Shown here in pieces: positions 35,001 to 48,830 of a stretch of DNA of 64,000 nucleotides (positions are counted from its first letter, which is position 1; every line of letters begins with the position of its first letter). The position numbers were made by a program, and so were the translations under genes. The notes under the pieces were generated by a model. That model was not told where the DNA came from, did not search any database, and saw only the letters and a program-made list of their open reading frames with translations. The DNA comes from Ginglymostoma cirratum (Eukaryota): assembly GCA_024137785.1 (NCBI GenBank), contig JAHRHZ010000009.1, positions 23,718,601 to 23,782,600 of the forward strand, in the 5' to 3' direction.

Positions 35001-38000
35001 CCTTCAGTACATTGTCAGCATCATTGTTCAAAGTCAAGAGATCAACTTTGCAGCTACATCAGATTCCACACACAACGTGCCTCCCTCTATACAGCAAAGG
35101 AGTCTTTTATGTGGGTCCCTACAGAGACCTATCAGACATCCTGCACTCTAGCCACTTCCAAACCACCAATATGTATCGGTCAGATGATTTTACCCATTCA
35201 GCTCCATCGACTCTTTGTTTTTGGTAATAGGGTAATCAATTTTGTTGATTACATCTGCAATTGGAAAAATCTGCGTTCAGACCCGGAGAGAAAACAGTGC
35301 ACAGCCCCCGAGCCCTCTGTAATTTTATATGAAAACAACAAGAAATACCAAAGTTATTAAAAACACACCAGGGCAGAGGAACCAGGTCAGCCTTTTACAC
35401 CACTGGCTCTCCGGATGGGAAATTCTACCTTAGCAAAGGGATATTGTAACCACGAACTCACACAATCAGTTCGAGCGAACAACTACACAGGATCGATTCC
35501 CAAATCTGAATTCTATACAAAAATAGGAATCAGACAGCATAGACGCGATTAGCAGCAGCGGGGTCGAATTTATAACATCCATTGTGCGGGTCCGCTCTCT
35601 GATCTTGCTAAGATTACTCGACTAAAACACTATGATTGAGTGCGCCAAAGTTGCTTGAAATCCTTACAGGGGAAGAAAAGACGTTGGGTAGGGGAAGTTT
35701 TAAGAAGCAAACGAAACGACAAACTAACTAAATGAGACACATGGGTGCCTTTTTCCTTTATATTGTTTCTCCTTCAAAAAATTCACAAAGATTAAGGAGA
35801 CATGTAAAGTGTTGGTGTTCCTAGGTGCATGGGAACAATTATTACTCCTGGCGCAAAGATTAACACATCAAATGAAAGATAGTTACCCACCTCCCCATTT
35901 TATTTAAAAGGTTGACACCGTTGAAATTTGACATAAAGAACGATCAGCCTTTAAGTGCGGAAGCGGCAGATCGTGATGCAAAGCAGATCAATAAGATCAT
36001 TTCAAATTCAGAGGCCCTGAAACAACGGCTTCAATTTGTCCTTTTGTTATCGTCCTTTTACACATCCTGAGTTCTAATCACAGTTTCTCATCTCTATGGG
36101 GGCAGCGGGAGGAACGCGCAAACAGCTGATTTGTAAAATTTGTGTATATAATGTGGGGGTTTGCGGTGGGGGAGGCGAGTGCACATTCTCCGAGGTCTGG
36201 AGAAATTGCTTATTCAACATTCTCACAATTTAAGGTATTGGGAACCCTCATTTCCATTAGTGAAGAAAAGACTAGCAGAATTGGGCTTCACGCTTGAGGT
36301 ACTGATGTGACCGTGAGCAGAGTTGCACATATCCCCCTTTTCCAACAAGTCTCTGCTCCGGTCCACACACTTCCAGAAACCGTCTTTTAATAACGGCATG
36401 TTTGGTTGCTTGGGGGAGAGTTTGTTTATATTTATTCCATTAAAAACGATTGTGTTTGATCTTAGATACAGGGCTACATATGTGAGATTAGGAGCTGTGA
36501 ATAAACAGGGCTTAGCTCCCAATACAGCTGACAGTCAAACTTGAAATTCATTTAAATAGCGACTAGCAGGATCTCATGATTAATAGATGCAAGTGTCGAA
36601 CTTGTATTCCAGGCACGACCCAGTGTAATTGTGTTTGCTTTTAATTGAAGTCAGGGCGCTTCAAGAACTTGCATTTCAATTCATATGGAAGGGATATTAA
36701 AAAGAAGCAGCCGCTTTGACCGCAGATATATGTAGATGAAGACTGAAGCAGGTCTGACAAACAGGCAACGTTTCACAATCTGCAGTAGCAGTAAATAAAA
36801 CGAAAATCGCGCACAATTAACCCGCAAAATCTAACAAATCATCCGGCTTTTTCCTGCTCAGCCGTGGCCAATTCTCAGGTTGCGGAATTATTCTGTCTGT
36901 AAATTGTTACAGAATCAGAAACCGTTTTAAGAATATGAGTTCAGACGCGGCGAGAAATTGGAAAGACGCGGCTTGGAGAGAGAAGCCAAAGTGTGCAGAA
37001 AGATCGCAGACTTGTTTGGAGTTGTCCCGCCAACACAAATACACACACTTCTCCAGTGAGACGGCATTGTGCGGGCTGAGCCCGCTGCCGTTTGCTACTG
37101 CTGTCGTCTCTCTCTCTCTCCCTCTCTCACTAATTTGACTAGGATTACGTGATCTCAAATTCAGATTTATTGGGTTACCGTAAAAGGTACCACGCACATC
37201 AGGTTGACTGCACGGTCTTAATGCTGACTCGGATAAGAACTCAGGAAGGAGGTTAAGTCAGCAGAGGAAGTCAAATATTTTGTAAACACTCGTACTGACA
37301 CCTACAGTATACACGGTTGAGTCCGGGTTGATGCGCGCTTACTGAACAGCTACTGTAAACTGCCCGAAACTTGAATTCACACCACAAGCTCCTCCTAATG
37401 GAGGTTCTATCGCACTTTTATTGCTGAAACAGGAATTCCAGTTCTAACATATTCTCCATCCTTTAAGTCACGCTGCGCAAGAATTTTCGGTCAATAAATC
37501 CCTTTCATCTTTAATTAATAAGTAAATCACAGCTATCTATTGGCCCATGTAAGACAATATTTTGGTCATCTCTTGAGATCAAAATGTATTCACGAACCAT
37601 TGACCAAGTACAGCATTTGTTAACAATCTTTGTAGCCATTATATATGGGACAGAACAGGCAATAAACATTAACCAATCACGTTGCGAGTATGTGGCTCAG
37701 TGTATTAAACACTGGATAATAAATCGCTAAATTGATCAATGAGTCACGGAAACAGTGCAAACTTCAAATAACCAATAACCCGTAATGCACACTAAGAGTG
37801 ATTTAAAAGTGATTGCTCCAAAGGCACCAGACAGAAACTGAATGGAAGCGACTGGAGTAAAAGAACATGTTAATTCGCCCCTCTCCAGCATTGTGGCAGA
37901 TCAGCGAGCAAACAAATAAAAAAAGGCACATTTTGTGAGCAGGTCCATCTTGTCTCGACACGTCCCTGAAGAATCTGGTCGCTGCTTGTCAGTTTCATCA

Positions 38001-39693
38001 GCATGCATCAGCTGCTTGGGTAGCAGATATGTTCAAATTTACCGCAACTCCCTGAACAGCTATAATTCATAGCTGACACACACACACACTGGCAAAGAGG
38101 AGAAACGAGGAATTAAACGAAATGCGGAAAATGTATCGTGCGCTTTGATTATTATTTAAAAAGGGAGGATTTATTTAATTCCAATGTAAATGTGATGCAT
38201 GATCATTTTGAGCTAATTGCATACGCGGACTGTTACCTATTTGTTTTCCAATCCTATTTACGCAGCTCTGTGATGTTGTCCCTGTGATGTCGGTTCCTGG
38301 ATGCAACTGATTTAATCCTGGAGTCGGCTGATAACCGGGACAGATCGTTCGAACTAAACGGATAGAAGTTTTCAAAAGAAACTTTTTTTTTAAAAAATCG
38401 GTGCTTTCTGAGGTTGATTGCAGCCCCCTGGCAGGGACATTCAAGGATGGAAAGGTTTTAATTTGCATTTGAATAGCTGGAACGACCCGTAAACACTTCC
38501 AGGAACGATTTTTACAATATGCGCTAAAGATTTCTGAACATTTCAGCCAATTTTCATAATCTTAATCAGTCTGATTTCAAGTGGCGCGGGATAAAAATGA
38601 CCTTTGTTGAACACACTACTGAACTGTTTCTTCATTGGCCAAATACAGGCTCTAAAGATCAAGGTCCGTATATTTGAGTTATAAAGCTGGACAGCAGAGT
38701 GCAATCGAATTAATGCTGACTCGTTCTTTATGCAAAGGGAACAATGCGCATATTAATAGGGACAGTTTTGCAAGTGACAGGAACATTGCTAAACTGTAAT
38801 GATTTAAACAAAAAATGTATTCAATGTATACTGAGAGTCTCGCTTTCGCAGCCTTCAGAGTCCAAACGCTCCGTCTTAGTGTTTTGTGAAAGGAAGTGAG
38901 ACACTTCCAAGCACTATCCAAATGCATTAAAACAGTAAACAAACATGAGAGAGTTTATCGATTTTGCTTTCGTTTTATCGTCTTGCAACAAAGCGACCTT
39001 TCTGGAGAATTAATCATACTAAACACAGCTCTGCTGCATTTGAAATCACCTCCCAGCCTTTCGACAATACCTTCTTGATTTTACAAAGTCCTTCTTTTAT
39101 TCATTCGTCAGTGCGCATTTATTAGAAAAGTCCATCTACTTTTAACACAGTAACATTGATCCATTTCTTTTCGTTGGAGGAGGCAAAGGTATCACTTTGT
39201 GTTAATCTGTTACATGTTTGTTGAAGAAAATTGTCTGCGTTTCAATATTCTCATTATGAAAACATTCTTACGTTTACCAGACCTCAACTTTAAAGATTTA
39301 AATTCCTGTTAGACTTTCCGGTTTATAATCAATTGGAAAAAATTTTTTAATGAAAGATGTTATTACTTTTTGCCCATTTTTACCTTTTATTACTTTTTAA
39401 CAACTTATTTTTTAACAGAAAACGATAATAAACTTTTGAAACGAATATCATTTAGGAGACGCGCTTTTCTAAAATAATCGATTCGGGATATTTTTGCTAT
39501 CCGTCTGTTTTCTGAAATCAGACTGCAACAAAATAATGAGATAAAAGCGACCTCTATAGGACAAAGGCAATAATTGTTCTTTTTACCAAATAATTTACAA
39601 AAAACGTGTATCCAAAATCGTTCAAGTGCTTTCAATTCTATTTGCACGCAAGTTACATTAGCAGTTGTTTTCTTTAGAAAAGGGAAGTACAGA

Positions 39694-39776
39694 TCTAGGC
39701 CCGAAACGTCAGCTTTCCTGCTCCTATGATGCTGCTTGGCCTGCTGTGTTTATCCAGCTCTACACCTTGTTATCTT
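39694..39776 (+). mobile_element. Penelope-like terminal repeat fragment (subfamily B)
   Basis: TCTAGGCCCGAAACGTCAGCTTTCCTGCTCCTATGATGCTGC...CCTTGTTATCT, homologous to 16-95. Confidence 0.8.
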
Positions 39777-40179
39777 AGTACATAAAATTGGTTTGGTGAA
39801 TGACGGTTCTTCCTTCGATGATTTCATTTGAGGTTTAGCCAGTTGGTTGAATTAAAATGAAATGTACGTCGGACAATTATTTGTTTCTTCTTGGATGGAC
39901 CAAGCACAAAGTAACAATCCCGATTTTTCACCAGGTTCCTGCTAGTTTATGATTAAATCCAAGATTTTCACTGCCAATGTCCCGAATCAAAGACTTAATT
40001 TTTCCAAAAGCTCATCACTTTGTGAGTCATGAAACTATCTGTAAAATGTCCTTAGTTTAGCCTCCACTAATTTTAACTAATTGTTCCTTGTTTTATTATT
40101 GTACAACACTTTGAAACATTCCTCTGGTTTTGCCTGATCTGCTGTTCATCTCCCAACCCATCTGTGTAAGTGTTAGTAC

Positions 40180-40510
40180 AGGTGTTGTTCACTCATCATA
40201 CTTGTTCTCATTGACCTTTAATTACTTAAGTTCGAGCAATGCCTAAATTTTAAAATTCTACTCCTAGTTTTCAAATCCATTCGTAGTCTCACCACTCCAT
40301 ACCTCTGTAATCACTTTCAGCCTTGGCCTCTTCGTGATCTCCCTGTGTGTCCGGCTGTAGTCTTTTGTACTTCCCCAATTTATTCAACTTCAACTCCACC
40401 ATTGCTATCTGATCCTTCAGCTACCCAGGTCCTAAATTCAGAAAAAAATCTCTCACTAAATCTGTCCACCTTTCTTCATTTAGATACTCCTTAAAATTTA
40501 CCTCATTAAA
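40180..40510 (+). mobile_element. L2 LINE 3' fragment
   Basis: Decayed L2 C-terminal motif FKILLLVFKSIRSLTTPYL (compare FKILLLVFKALHGLAPPYL). Confidence 0.7.
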
Positions 40511-40519
40511 TTTTTTTAG

Positions 40520-40805
40520 ATCCATAGAAGCTAGGACCAGGAGTAGATCATTTGGCCCTTTAAGGCTACTCAATCATTCAATATGATCATGACTGATTCT
40601 GTATCTTGATGCCATTTTCTCATGTTCTCCCCATTCCCCCTGATTCCTTTAACATCTAAAAAATAATCTATCTCTTTCTTGAATATATTCAGTGACTTGG
40701 CCTCCACAGTATTCTATGATAGAGAATTTCAAGGTTCATTACCCTCATGGCCATTAATGGCCTATCCCATATCCTAAGACTGTGAACCCTGGTTCTTGGA
40801 CTCTT
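40520..40805 (-). mobile_element. CR1-group LINE 3' end
   Basis: CATAGAAGCTAGGACCAGGAGTAGATCATTTGGCCC...CATTCAATATGATCATG on the plus strand, related to the tail at 14335. Confidence 0.7.
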
Positions 40806-41067
40806 AATGTTTCCTCATATTGACTGTAGTCAAATTGTGTGCGGTAACCATTCCTATGTATATCTTGAGATGTTTTATCACGTTAAATGTGGACAAAATT
40901 TTATTTTATCTGTAAAATTCAATAGCATGCAGATTTTCAAGCAGTTTTCTCTCAGTTGTCTCTTGCCAAAGCTAATGTTGCCTTGCACTGTAATCCTTTG
41001 ATATTAGGGCTCAGCCTTATTTCACCTCTGCTTTGTTTGCATGCTTCTGCATTGCCGTTTGATTTGC

Positions 41068-42402
41068 ATGTGAATATAGGAGGCATGGCTAGTAAATTTG
41101 CAGATGATACCAAAATAGGTGCTATTGTGGACAGCGAAGAAGATTATCTCAGAGTACAACGGGATTAGATGGGCTAATGGGCTGAGGAGTGGCAGATGGA
41201 GTTTAATTTAGATGAAGGTGAGGTGTTGCAATCTGGTAAGGCAAACCAGAGCAAGACTTATACAGTTAATGGTAGTGCCCTGTGGAGTGTTGCTGAAAAA
41301 AGCGACTTAGGGGATGTAGATGCATAGTTGGGATTTCATGTTGCAGCTGTACAGGACATTGGTGAGGCCACTCTTGGAATACTGCATACTATTGTGGCTG
41401 TCCTTCTATTGGAAAGATGTTGCTAAAACTGGGAGGGTTCAGAAAGGATTTACAACAATGTTGCCAGGACTGGAGGTTCTGTGCTGTATGAAGAGGCTGA
41501 ATGGTCTGACGATAACACTGTGTGGAGCTGGAACAACACAGCAGGCCAGGCAGCATCAGAGGAGCAGGAAAATTGATGTTTTGGGCCCGGACCCATCTTC
41601 AGAAATGGCAGGGGGCTAGGAGCTCAGAGTAAATAGAGAGAGAAGGGGTGGGGCTGGGGAAGGTAGGTGGGATGGTGATAGGTGAGTGCAGTTAGGGAAT
41701 GGTGGGGATTGGTCAGTGAGATGGGAGGAGCAGATAGGTGGGAGCGAAGATGGACAGGTTGCGCTCTGTCCACAACAAATGACCACGCCTTCCGGTCACG
41801 AACCGTTTCAACTCCACCACTCACTCCCTGGGTGACATGTCCATTCTGGGCCTCCTCCAGTGTCACAATGATGCCACCCAGAAACTGGAGGAGCAGCACC
41901 TCATATTTCACCTTGGGACCCTACAGCCCAATGGCCTAAATGTGGATTTTACAATTGACACAACTTGTCCAACATCTCTTCCACTACTTGCTCCTCCCAC
42001 CTCACTGACCAATCCCTACCACTCGCTATCTGCACTCATCTGTTACCATCCCACCTACCTTCCCCTGTCCCAACCCTTTTCTCTCTACTTCTGAGCTCCC
42101 TTCCCCCCCATTTCTGAGGAAGAGAGATAGGTTTAAGGTGAGAGGGGAAAGACTTACAAAGGACCTGAGGGGTAACTTTTTCACACAGAGGATGGTGCGT
42201 ATATGGAGTGAGTTGCCTTTGGAAGTGGTAGAGGTGAGTACAATTACAAGATTTAAAAGGCATCTGAATGGGTATATGAATAGGAAGGGTTTAGAGGGAT
42301 ATGGACCAAATGCTGGCAAATGGGGCTAGGTCAAATTGGGATGTCTGGTTGGCACAGATGAGCTGGACCAAAGGATCTGTCTTTCTGCTGTATGACTCTA
42401 TA
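41068..42402 (+). mobile_element. CR1 LINE fragment interrupted by a Penelope-like element
   Basis: SKFADDTKIGAIVDSEEDYLRVQRD and LYRTLVRPLLEYC, resuming at 42123 with RGERLTKDLRGNFFTQRMVRIW and the 3' tail. Confidence 0.9.
41510..42122 (+). mobile_element. Penelope-like element fragment with a long inverted repeat
   Basis: GIY-YIG C-terminal segment SILGLLQCHNDATQKLEEQHLIFHLGTLQPNGLNVDF at 41837-41950. 41598-41740 is an inverted copy of about 41983-42122. Decayed hammerhead motif at 41572-41605 (minus strand). Confidence 0.85.
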
Positions 42403-45400
42403 AATTTGAGACAGCCTTGTGGAAGCTGAGTAGGGCGCCTTCCAACTTATAGTCAAGTGATCTAGTTAAATAATTAATCATTCCATTCACTTTCTGGTTC
42501 ATAGTTTTATGCCATGCTAAGTGTCAGAATTATTGTTATCTCCAGAACCTGATAATAATAACTATTGGTTATTGCTACATCATTAGGTCATTATAATGAT
42601 TTTAGCTTACTCCTTTTGGATTTATTTACTGGTGATTTTGATCCACCTTGTCTGTCATATCTCTTCCTTTAAACCTCCTTCAGAATACTGGCCATTGAGG
42701 TGCACAATAATGTTTCTATGTCCATTATCTGAACACTTATTCACTATAAACTCTTCATGTTACTTTTGACTTTGGAATTTATGATCAGGAACCCCAATGC
42801 CCAATAGCAAACATAAATGACTCTTTCAAAGAACAGAACCGAATGAAATATGAGGAGCCTGTCCAACGCGTGCCTTTTAAGGCTGTCCCTTGCAAATATG
42901 GCACTGGCATTTAATTGATATATTCATGTTCTGCACCCTGCCTTGTGTGATTCATGTCTCCTAAACAGGTGGGGAGAATCAGGTGGTGTATGAATATTCA
43001 ATACCCCTGGAGGATTCACATTGTACCTGTTGATCAACGTGCAGTCAATGTGTCGTATGAGGTACAGGCATCAAAGAAGGATTGGCTCTTGAGATGTTCA
43101 GGTAGATGTGAAGAAGCATGTCAAAGTAAGTCTTGGGTTTGGTTTGTTTAAATAGAGTCAAACTCCAATGTTTACTTGTTTATTTGACATGCTACTGTAC
43201 AGAACTGAACTGCGTTTGTGACTATGTATATGTGTAAGGATATCTTTTCTGAGTAAAGAATATTTTGAAATAAACAAACGTTGTTATTGATGTGGCCACA
43301 ACACCTCATGAGTAATTATACCTACCCTTTGTAGCAACTTCCTGCTTCTTCGAATTAGCATTGCATTGAAATTCTCCCCGCTCCAAAGAACCTTCATTCT
43401 CATTTCTTCAGAAGTGCAAAGTTTTCGCTAGCGGCAATTGGGAATAAATTTGTAATGTATTGCTGGAAAACAAATTACAAAAACTGAGCAACAGTAGACC
43501 AAAATTAGTGCATGGAACATAATGTAGTAGAGGGTACATACACATGAAAACTATCCACACCAAAAGAAATGCTTGTCACAACCTTTTCAAGGGCAACTAG
43601 AGACAAGCAGTAAATGCTGACCAGCCAGCGATGCCCACATCCCATAAGACAATAAAAAAAGCTGTGTTATAATGAAGTTACAATACATGGACTATTAATC
43701 TTTAATCTCATTGACTGATTTAATATCTAGGATTTTAATTTGAAAGAAGACCATTTTAAATAAAACAGGACAATGTTTTCAAATTGCTTCAGAGTTCTCC
43801 TGACCCACAAGACAACCAAATTTCTAAAAACCTGCAATATGGATAAATAGAATACACATCTGGAAAATCCCCATAGAATTGTATGTTATCATTGTTTGAA
43901 CTATCTGGTTAAAGAGAAAGGGCAGTAAAGCAGCAGTCACCTAGTCTGCAGAAACTACCGGAGATGAAAGAAATCTACCAGAATATATTATACAAAAGAA
44001 CGCTGAAGAATCCCCAATCTGTTTGAATGGTATCTTGATAGTTATGACAAAAGGAGATTGGATCTCCTTCATTAGCATGGCTAGTCCCTATTTTGGGCCA
44101 TCAGTCAGCAATCAGATGACCAAAACTTCCCTTGTCTGTCTGTTGGTGACAGAAGGACGTTCAAGAAGGCCTGCAGGATGGAATCACAGTGTTTTTCAAG
44201 CTCGGACCCTATCTCTGTTACAAGTTGGAATACATCACAGAGATAGATGATTTAAAAATAGCACTCTTATTAGCATATAGAATAGAATAATACCATAGCA
44301 GTCATTCAGGAAGATGATAGACTGCAATTTTAAAGAGATTGCCTCCAGAAGAACAAGCATTCAGCTTAGCCACAACCATTGGGCTTTAAGACCACAAAAA
44401 ATCTTTTAAATGTATTATTAATTTGCTTATAGGTTTTAACTTCTTCAACACTCTTCCCTCATGCACGATAGTGTGTCTGTATGTCACAGGATTGGGAGCA
44501 GGTTTTTTTTAGTAAGTTTTATACTTCATTTGAGTGATTTTATAGTAAAACAAGCTCCTTGTGGTTACCTGCGTGGTTTATTTCTTCATAAATCTTTTAA
44601 AATGAATGAGTAGAAATTGTATTGAAAACACAACTGTTAAAAAACACAAGCATGATTGTAAATGATGTCAGAAGTGAAAAGCAGGAAATTTATTCACTCT
44701 CCCTGGTTTTCATTGCAACAGAAATTTGGGATACTGAGAGAATCCCAGGAAAGAGAGAGAGCAAGAAAGTTTTAAAAGGGCTCACTCCATATGATCCATC
44801 TATAAGTTTGACATCTTATAAATCTGTTACACATGGCCAAGGAGCTTATTTCTCAGCCCAAACATCCTGGCAATGTTGTAAGTCTTAAAGGTCAAATTTC
44901 TACTGTGTCTTAAAAAGGTAACTTCTATAAGACTGTAATTTTTTTTCCTTGCAGGCATTGAGGGAAAAAAAAAGAGTTGCACTGCAGCCACAAAATAATT
45001 GGCAGCTAGCTCAAATGGTGTTGGTAGGGGGTTGCCAACCTTCTGGGATTGTCCTGGACTTCTCGGGGATTAATCTCCAGTTTATACGCACAATTTACGT
45101 TTACATTTGATAAGCTTAAGCAGCCTCATAAAAAAAGTAAGTGCACTCAAGATAAAAAGTGTTTACTCATCATTTGCTTTGAAGACCTTTGTTCATGAAT
45201 TGCAAAATTGTTAGACAAAGTAGGATGCTATATGAATGACAGTTGAGAATCACTCCAATAGGGAATTATAGGCCTGTTGGCTTTCCACTTAGGTACAGGA
45301 AGTTGAAGTGGTTAATGTGGTGAATGCAGAAGATGGCCAGCTACACCATCGGGGGATTAGTATCAGTGTGCCTTTTTCATTTTCTTTCGAACAAATTTCA

Positions 45401-46309
45401 ATTACTCATTACACAAGTGTTGCAGATGGGGAATAAAGGGTTGATGGCATCATCATGGAGAATCCAATCAGAAATCAAAGTACCTGTTTGCTTTGCAATT
45501 GATGTGGGAAAGCAGACTACCTTAAATATTGACCAATGGTAAGCCTTTGAGGTCAGTTTAAGGCTCTGGAATTACCACAGTGTAGACTTTTGCAAACACA
45601 GGAAGTACATAATTCATCCTCTTGAAATGGTTTACCCTGGACTCAGACATTTGACCACCAACCTAGTATTATGTCAGCAGAGAGTTAAAACAATTACTAG
45701 CAATAGCATACAGTTTATGACGTTCTTGCGGAGTACGTTAATATTTCTAGCTTCTTGACCCCCTTTGCTGTGGTAACATTGCACTGACCACTCAGAGATC
45801 CTGAGATACATAAGGCAAATTATAACTTTAAGACCCCTTTTAAAAGATGTGACTGCCATAAGAAACCTCAGCGTGGGAATGCATATGGGTCCCAAACACC
45901 AGTTAGCAAACTTACACTGCCGGCAGAAAATTTGGTTTCACGGAGCAATTGTTTTTTTTTAAAGAAAAGGCTCAGCCTAAATTTACAGAGTGCCCAGGAG
46001 GTATAACTAACCCGTTGAACAATTTGATTAACCTGGTTTGATACTGCAATTAGAAGCATCCTGTATGTGATATTAAGCCCAAGTGATTAGAGACAGCTTT
46101 TCTGACCGGACCTCATTCTATTCCATTTCTGATTAACATCAAGATTCACTCTGGATTTCTAGCATCATATTTCTACCACCAATCTACTTTGCACCAATGC
46201 GGAAATGCAAGCAAATTGCACCAGTTGAGACTTCAGGTTATAAATATTTTTGTTTTTGACTCTTGAAATACTGCAAAACATCTACCTATTAGACACACTT
46301 CCTTGCAAT

Positions 46310-46580
46310 CAAGTCATACAGCTTGGAAACAGGCCCCTTTAGCCCACCATATCTAAGACAACCAATAAACACCAAATTACACTAATCTCATTTCCCTGCA
46401 TTTGGTCCATAGCTGGCATTTTAAGTGTTCATCCAGATGCTTTTTAAATGTTGTGAGAGTACCTGCCTCCACCAACTTCTCAGACAGCACTTTTCATGCT
46501 TCTACTCCCCTCTGGGTGAAACTTTGTTTTTAGATCTCCTCTAAACCACTTATTCCTCAAAATAAACTAGTGTCTTCTGG
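46310..46580 (-). mobile_element. CR1 LINE 3' end
   Basis: AGTCATACAGCTTGGAAACAGGCCCCTT...GCATTTGGTCCATAG...TTTTAAATGTTGTGAGAGTACCTGCCTCCACC, the reverse complement of the CR1 tail. Confidence 0.8.
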
Positions 46581-46584
46581 TAAA

Positions 46585-48190
46585 TAAAAACCAAAAGAAC
46601 TGTGGATGCTGTAAATCAGGATCCAAAACAGAAGTTACTGGAAAAGCTCAGTAGGTCTGGCAGCATCAGTGAAGAAAAATCAGAGTTAACGTTTTGTGTC
46701 TAGGGACCCTTCCTCAGACTGATGGTTACCCTGAAAATGTCAGTTTGTATGCAGAAGATAGAGTGGAGGGAGGGGGTAAGAAATAAACAATAGGTGGAGA
46801 TAGACCTCAAAGAGAGGGAAGAACAATTGGATAGACAAAGGAGTTGATAATCATCTGTCTATGAAGGTGAATAACCGTTATAAGAACTGTTAGTGACTGA
46901 CAATAGGTAGTGTGTAATGGCAGGCTATTTGATAATAAGGCCTGGTGTGTGGGGTAGGGACTAAAGCATGGGAGAGTTTAAACCCTAAGATTAATGAACT
47001 CAATATTCAGTCCAGAGGGCTGCAGGGTCCCCAAGTGGAAAATGAGGTGTTATTCTTCCAGCTTGTGTTGAGCTTCACTGCAATACTGCAGCAAGCCTGA
47101 GACAGAGATGTTGGCCAGGGAACAGGGTGGTGTGTTGAAGTGGCAGGCTGATGGAAGCTCAGGGTCTTTTTTGTGAGCAGAACATAGATGTTCTGTGAAA
47201 CGGCCACCCAGTCTGCGATTTGTTTCCCCAATGTAGAGGAGACCACATTGTCAGCAGTGAATGCAGTAGACTAAATTCTGGGAAGAGCATGTGCAGTGCT
47301 GCTTCACCTTGAAGGTATGCTTGGGCCCTTGGATATTGAGGAGGGAGGAGGTAAATAGGCAGGTGTTACACCTTCCTTGGTTTCAGGGGAAGGTACCGTG
47401 GGGCTGTGGGGGTGTGTTGGGAGTGAAGGAAGAGTGGACCAGGGTGTCCCAGAGGGAATGGTCCCTGCAGAAGGTGGATAAGGCAGGGGAGGTGAATATA
47501 TGTCTAGTGGTGGCATTTATCTTGCCAGAGGTGGCGGAAATGGCATCTGATGATCTGGATGTGGATCATGGGGGGATGTTAAGTAACGACAAGGGGAACC
47601 CTATTGCTGTTGCGGAAGGGAAGAGAAGAGGGTGAGGGTGGAAGTGTTGAAGATGGGTCGGACCCGGTTGAGGGCCCTGTTGACAATGGTGCTGGGGAAT
47701 CCTTGGTTGAGGAAGAAGGTGAACATTTTGGAGGCTGTCTTGTTGAAGTTGGCCTCATCTGAACATATGCAACGGAGACGGAGGAAATGAGAGAATGGGA
47801 TGGAGTCTTTACAGGAAGTGGGCTGTGAGGATTTATAGTCCAGGTAGCTGTGGGAGTTGGTGAGTTTATAGTGGATATTAGTGTCCAGTCCATCCCCAGA
47901 AATGGAAACAGAGATGTTGAGGAAGGGAAGGGAGGATTCAGATATAGACCAGGTGAAAGTGAGGACAGGGTGGAAATTGGAAGCGAAATCAATGAACATT
48001 TCCAATTTCGGAAAAGAGAGGGAAGCAGCACCGATGATATCATTGATATATCGGAGAAACAGTTCTGGGTGAGAGCCAGGATAAGATTGGAACAAGGAAT
48101 GTTCCACATACCCACGAAGAGACAGTCATAACTGGGGTCCATGTGGGTAATGACCACGAAGTGCAATCCCATGGTGGTCCAAGTACATCA
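46585..48190 (-). mobile_element. Penelope-like retroelement remnant (RT, GIY-YIG and terminal repeat), pseudogenised
   Basis: MDPSYDCLFVG, LFLRYINDI (decayed YIDD), LPFLNISVSI, HSYLDYKSSQPTSCKDSIPFSHFLRLRCICSD. 46630-47350 is colinear with 15633-16335. Frameshifted. Confidence 0.92.
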
Positions 48191-48504
48191 ATTGCAAATA
48201 TATGTTTTCCTTTAAAATGCTGAACAGTGTTCAATGGAAATCATTGGAAATCAGTAAAAGAGAAAGCGAGCTGAAATAAAAGCTTGATCAGCCAGAGGCC
48301 ATTGAGAGAAGGAAAACTCAGAGATCAAATGTGTCCAATCCCATCCGCAAGCTCTCATTGTTTAACAAGAAAAAGAATAACTCATATTTTTCTAAGTCCC
48401 AGTTAAGGTAAACAAATAAACAGTGACCATTGTTGTGTTATTGGTTTCATACTGGTTATTATGATTGCCATAATTAGTTAATATAATATGATATTGTATT
48501 GTTA

Positions 48505-48830
48505 TGGTCCTCCTCTCCTACTCACTTTCTCCTCTCTCTCTACCTTCTCCCTTTCCCTGTTCCTCATCTCCTTTCCAGTTCCCTCCTCTCCAACCTACCC
48601 AATTCCAGTATGCTCTCCTTTTTCGTTCCTACTTTGCACTCTTCAACATTCTGCATCCCCTGGTTCACTGCTCTCCACCTCACTTCCTCCAGCATTCCAC
48701 CCCCTTTGTCCTCCTAGCTTTCTCTCCTTGCCCCCAGTTCATGTCTTCCTTCACCAACCCCCCCAACTCTCCACGCATCTGTTACTTTCCATTTTCCTCT
48801 TCCTCATTCCATACCTTCAGTTTAGTTTTC
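48505..48830. repeat. Polypyrimidine low-complexity tract
   Basis: C/T-dominated plus strand that gives three overlapping low-complexity ORFs. Confidence 0.75.

Noticed and set aside
46585-48190. Intact or domesticated RT-endonuclease gene
   Set aside because: Frameshifts, stops, the catalytic YIDD changed to YIND, and 5' truncation.
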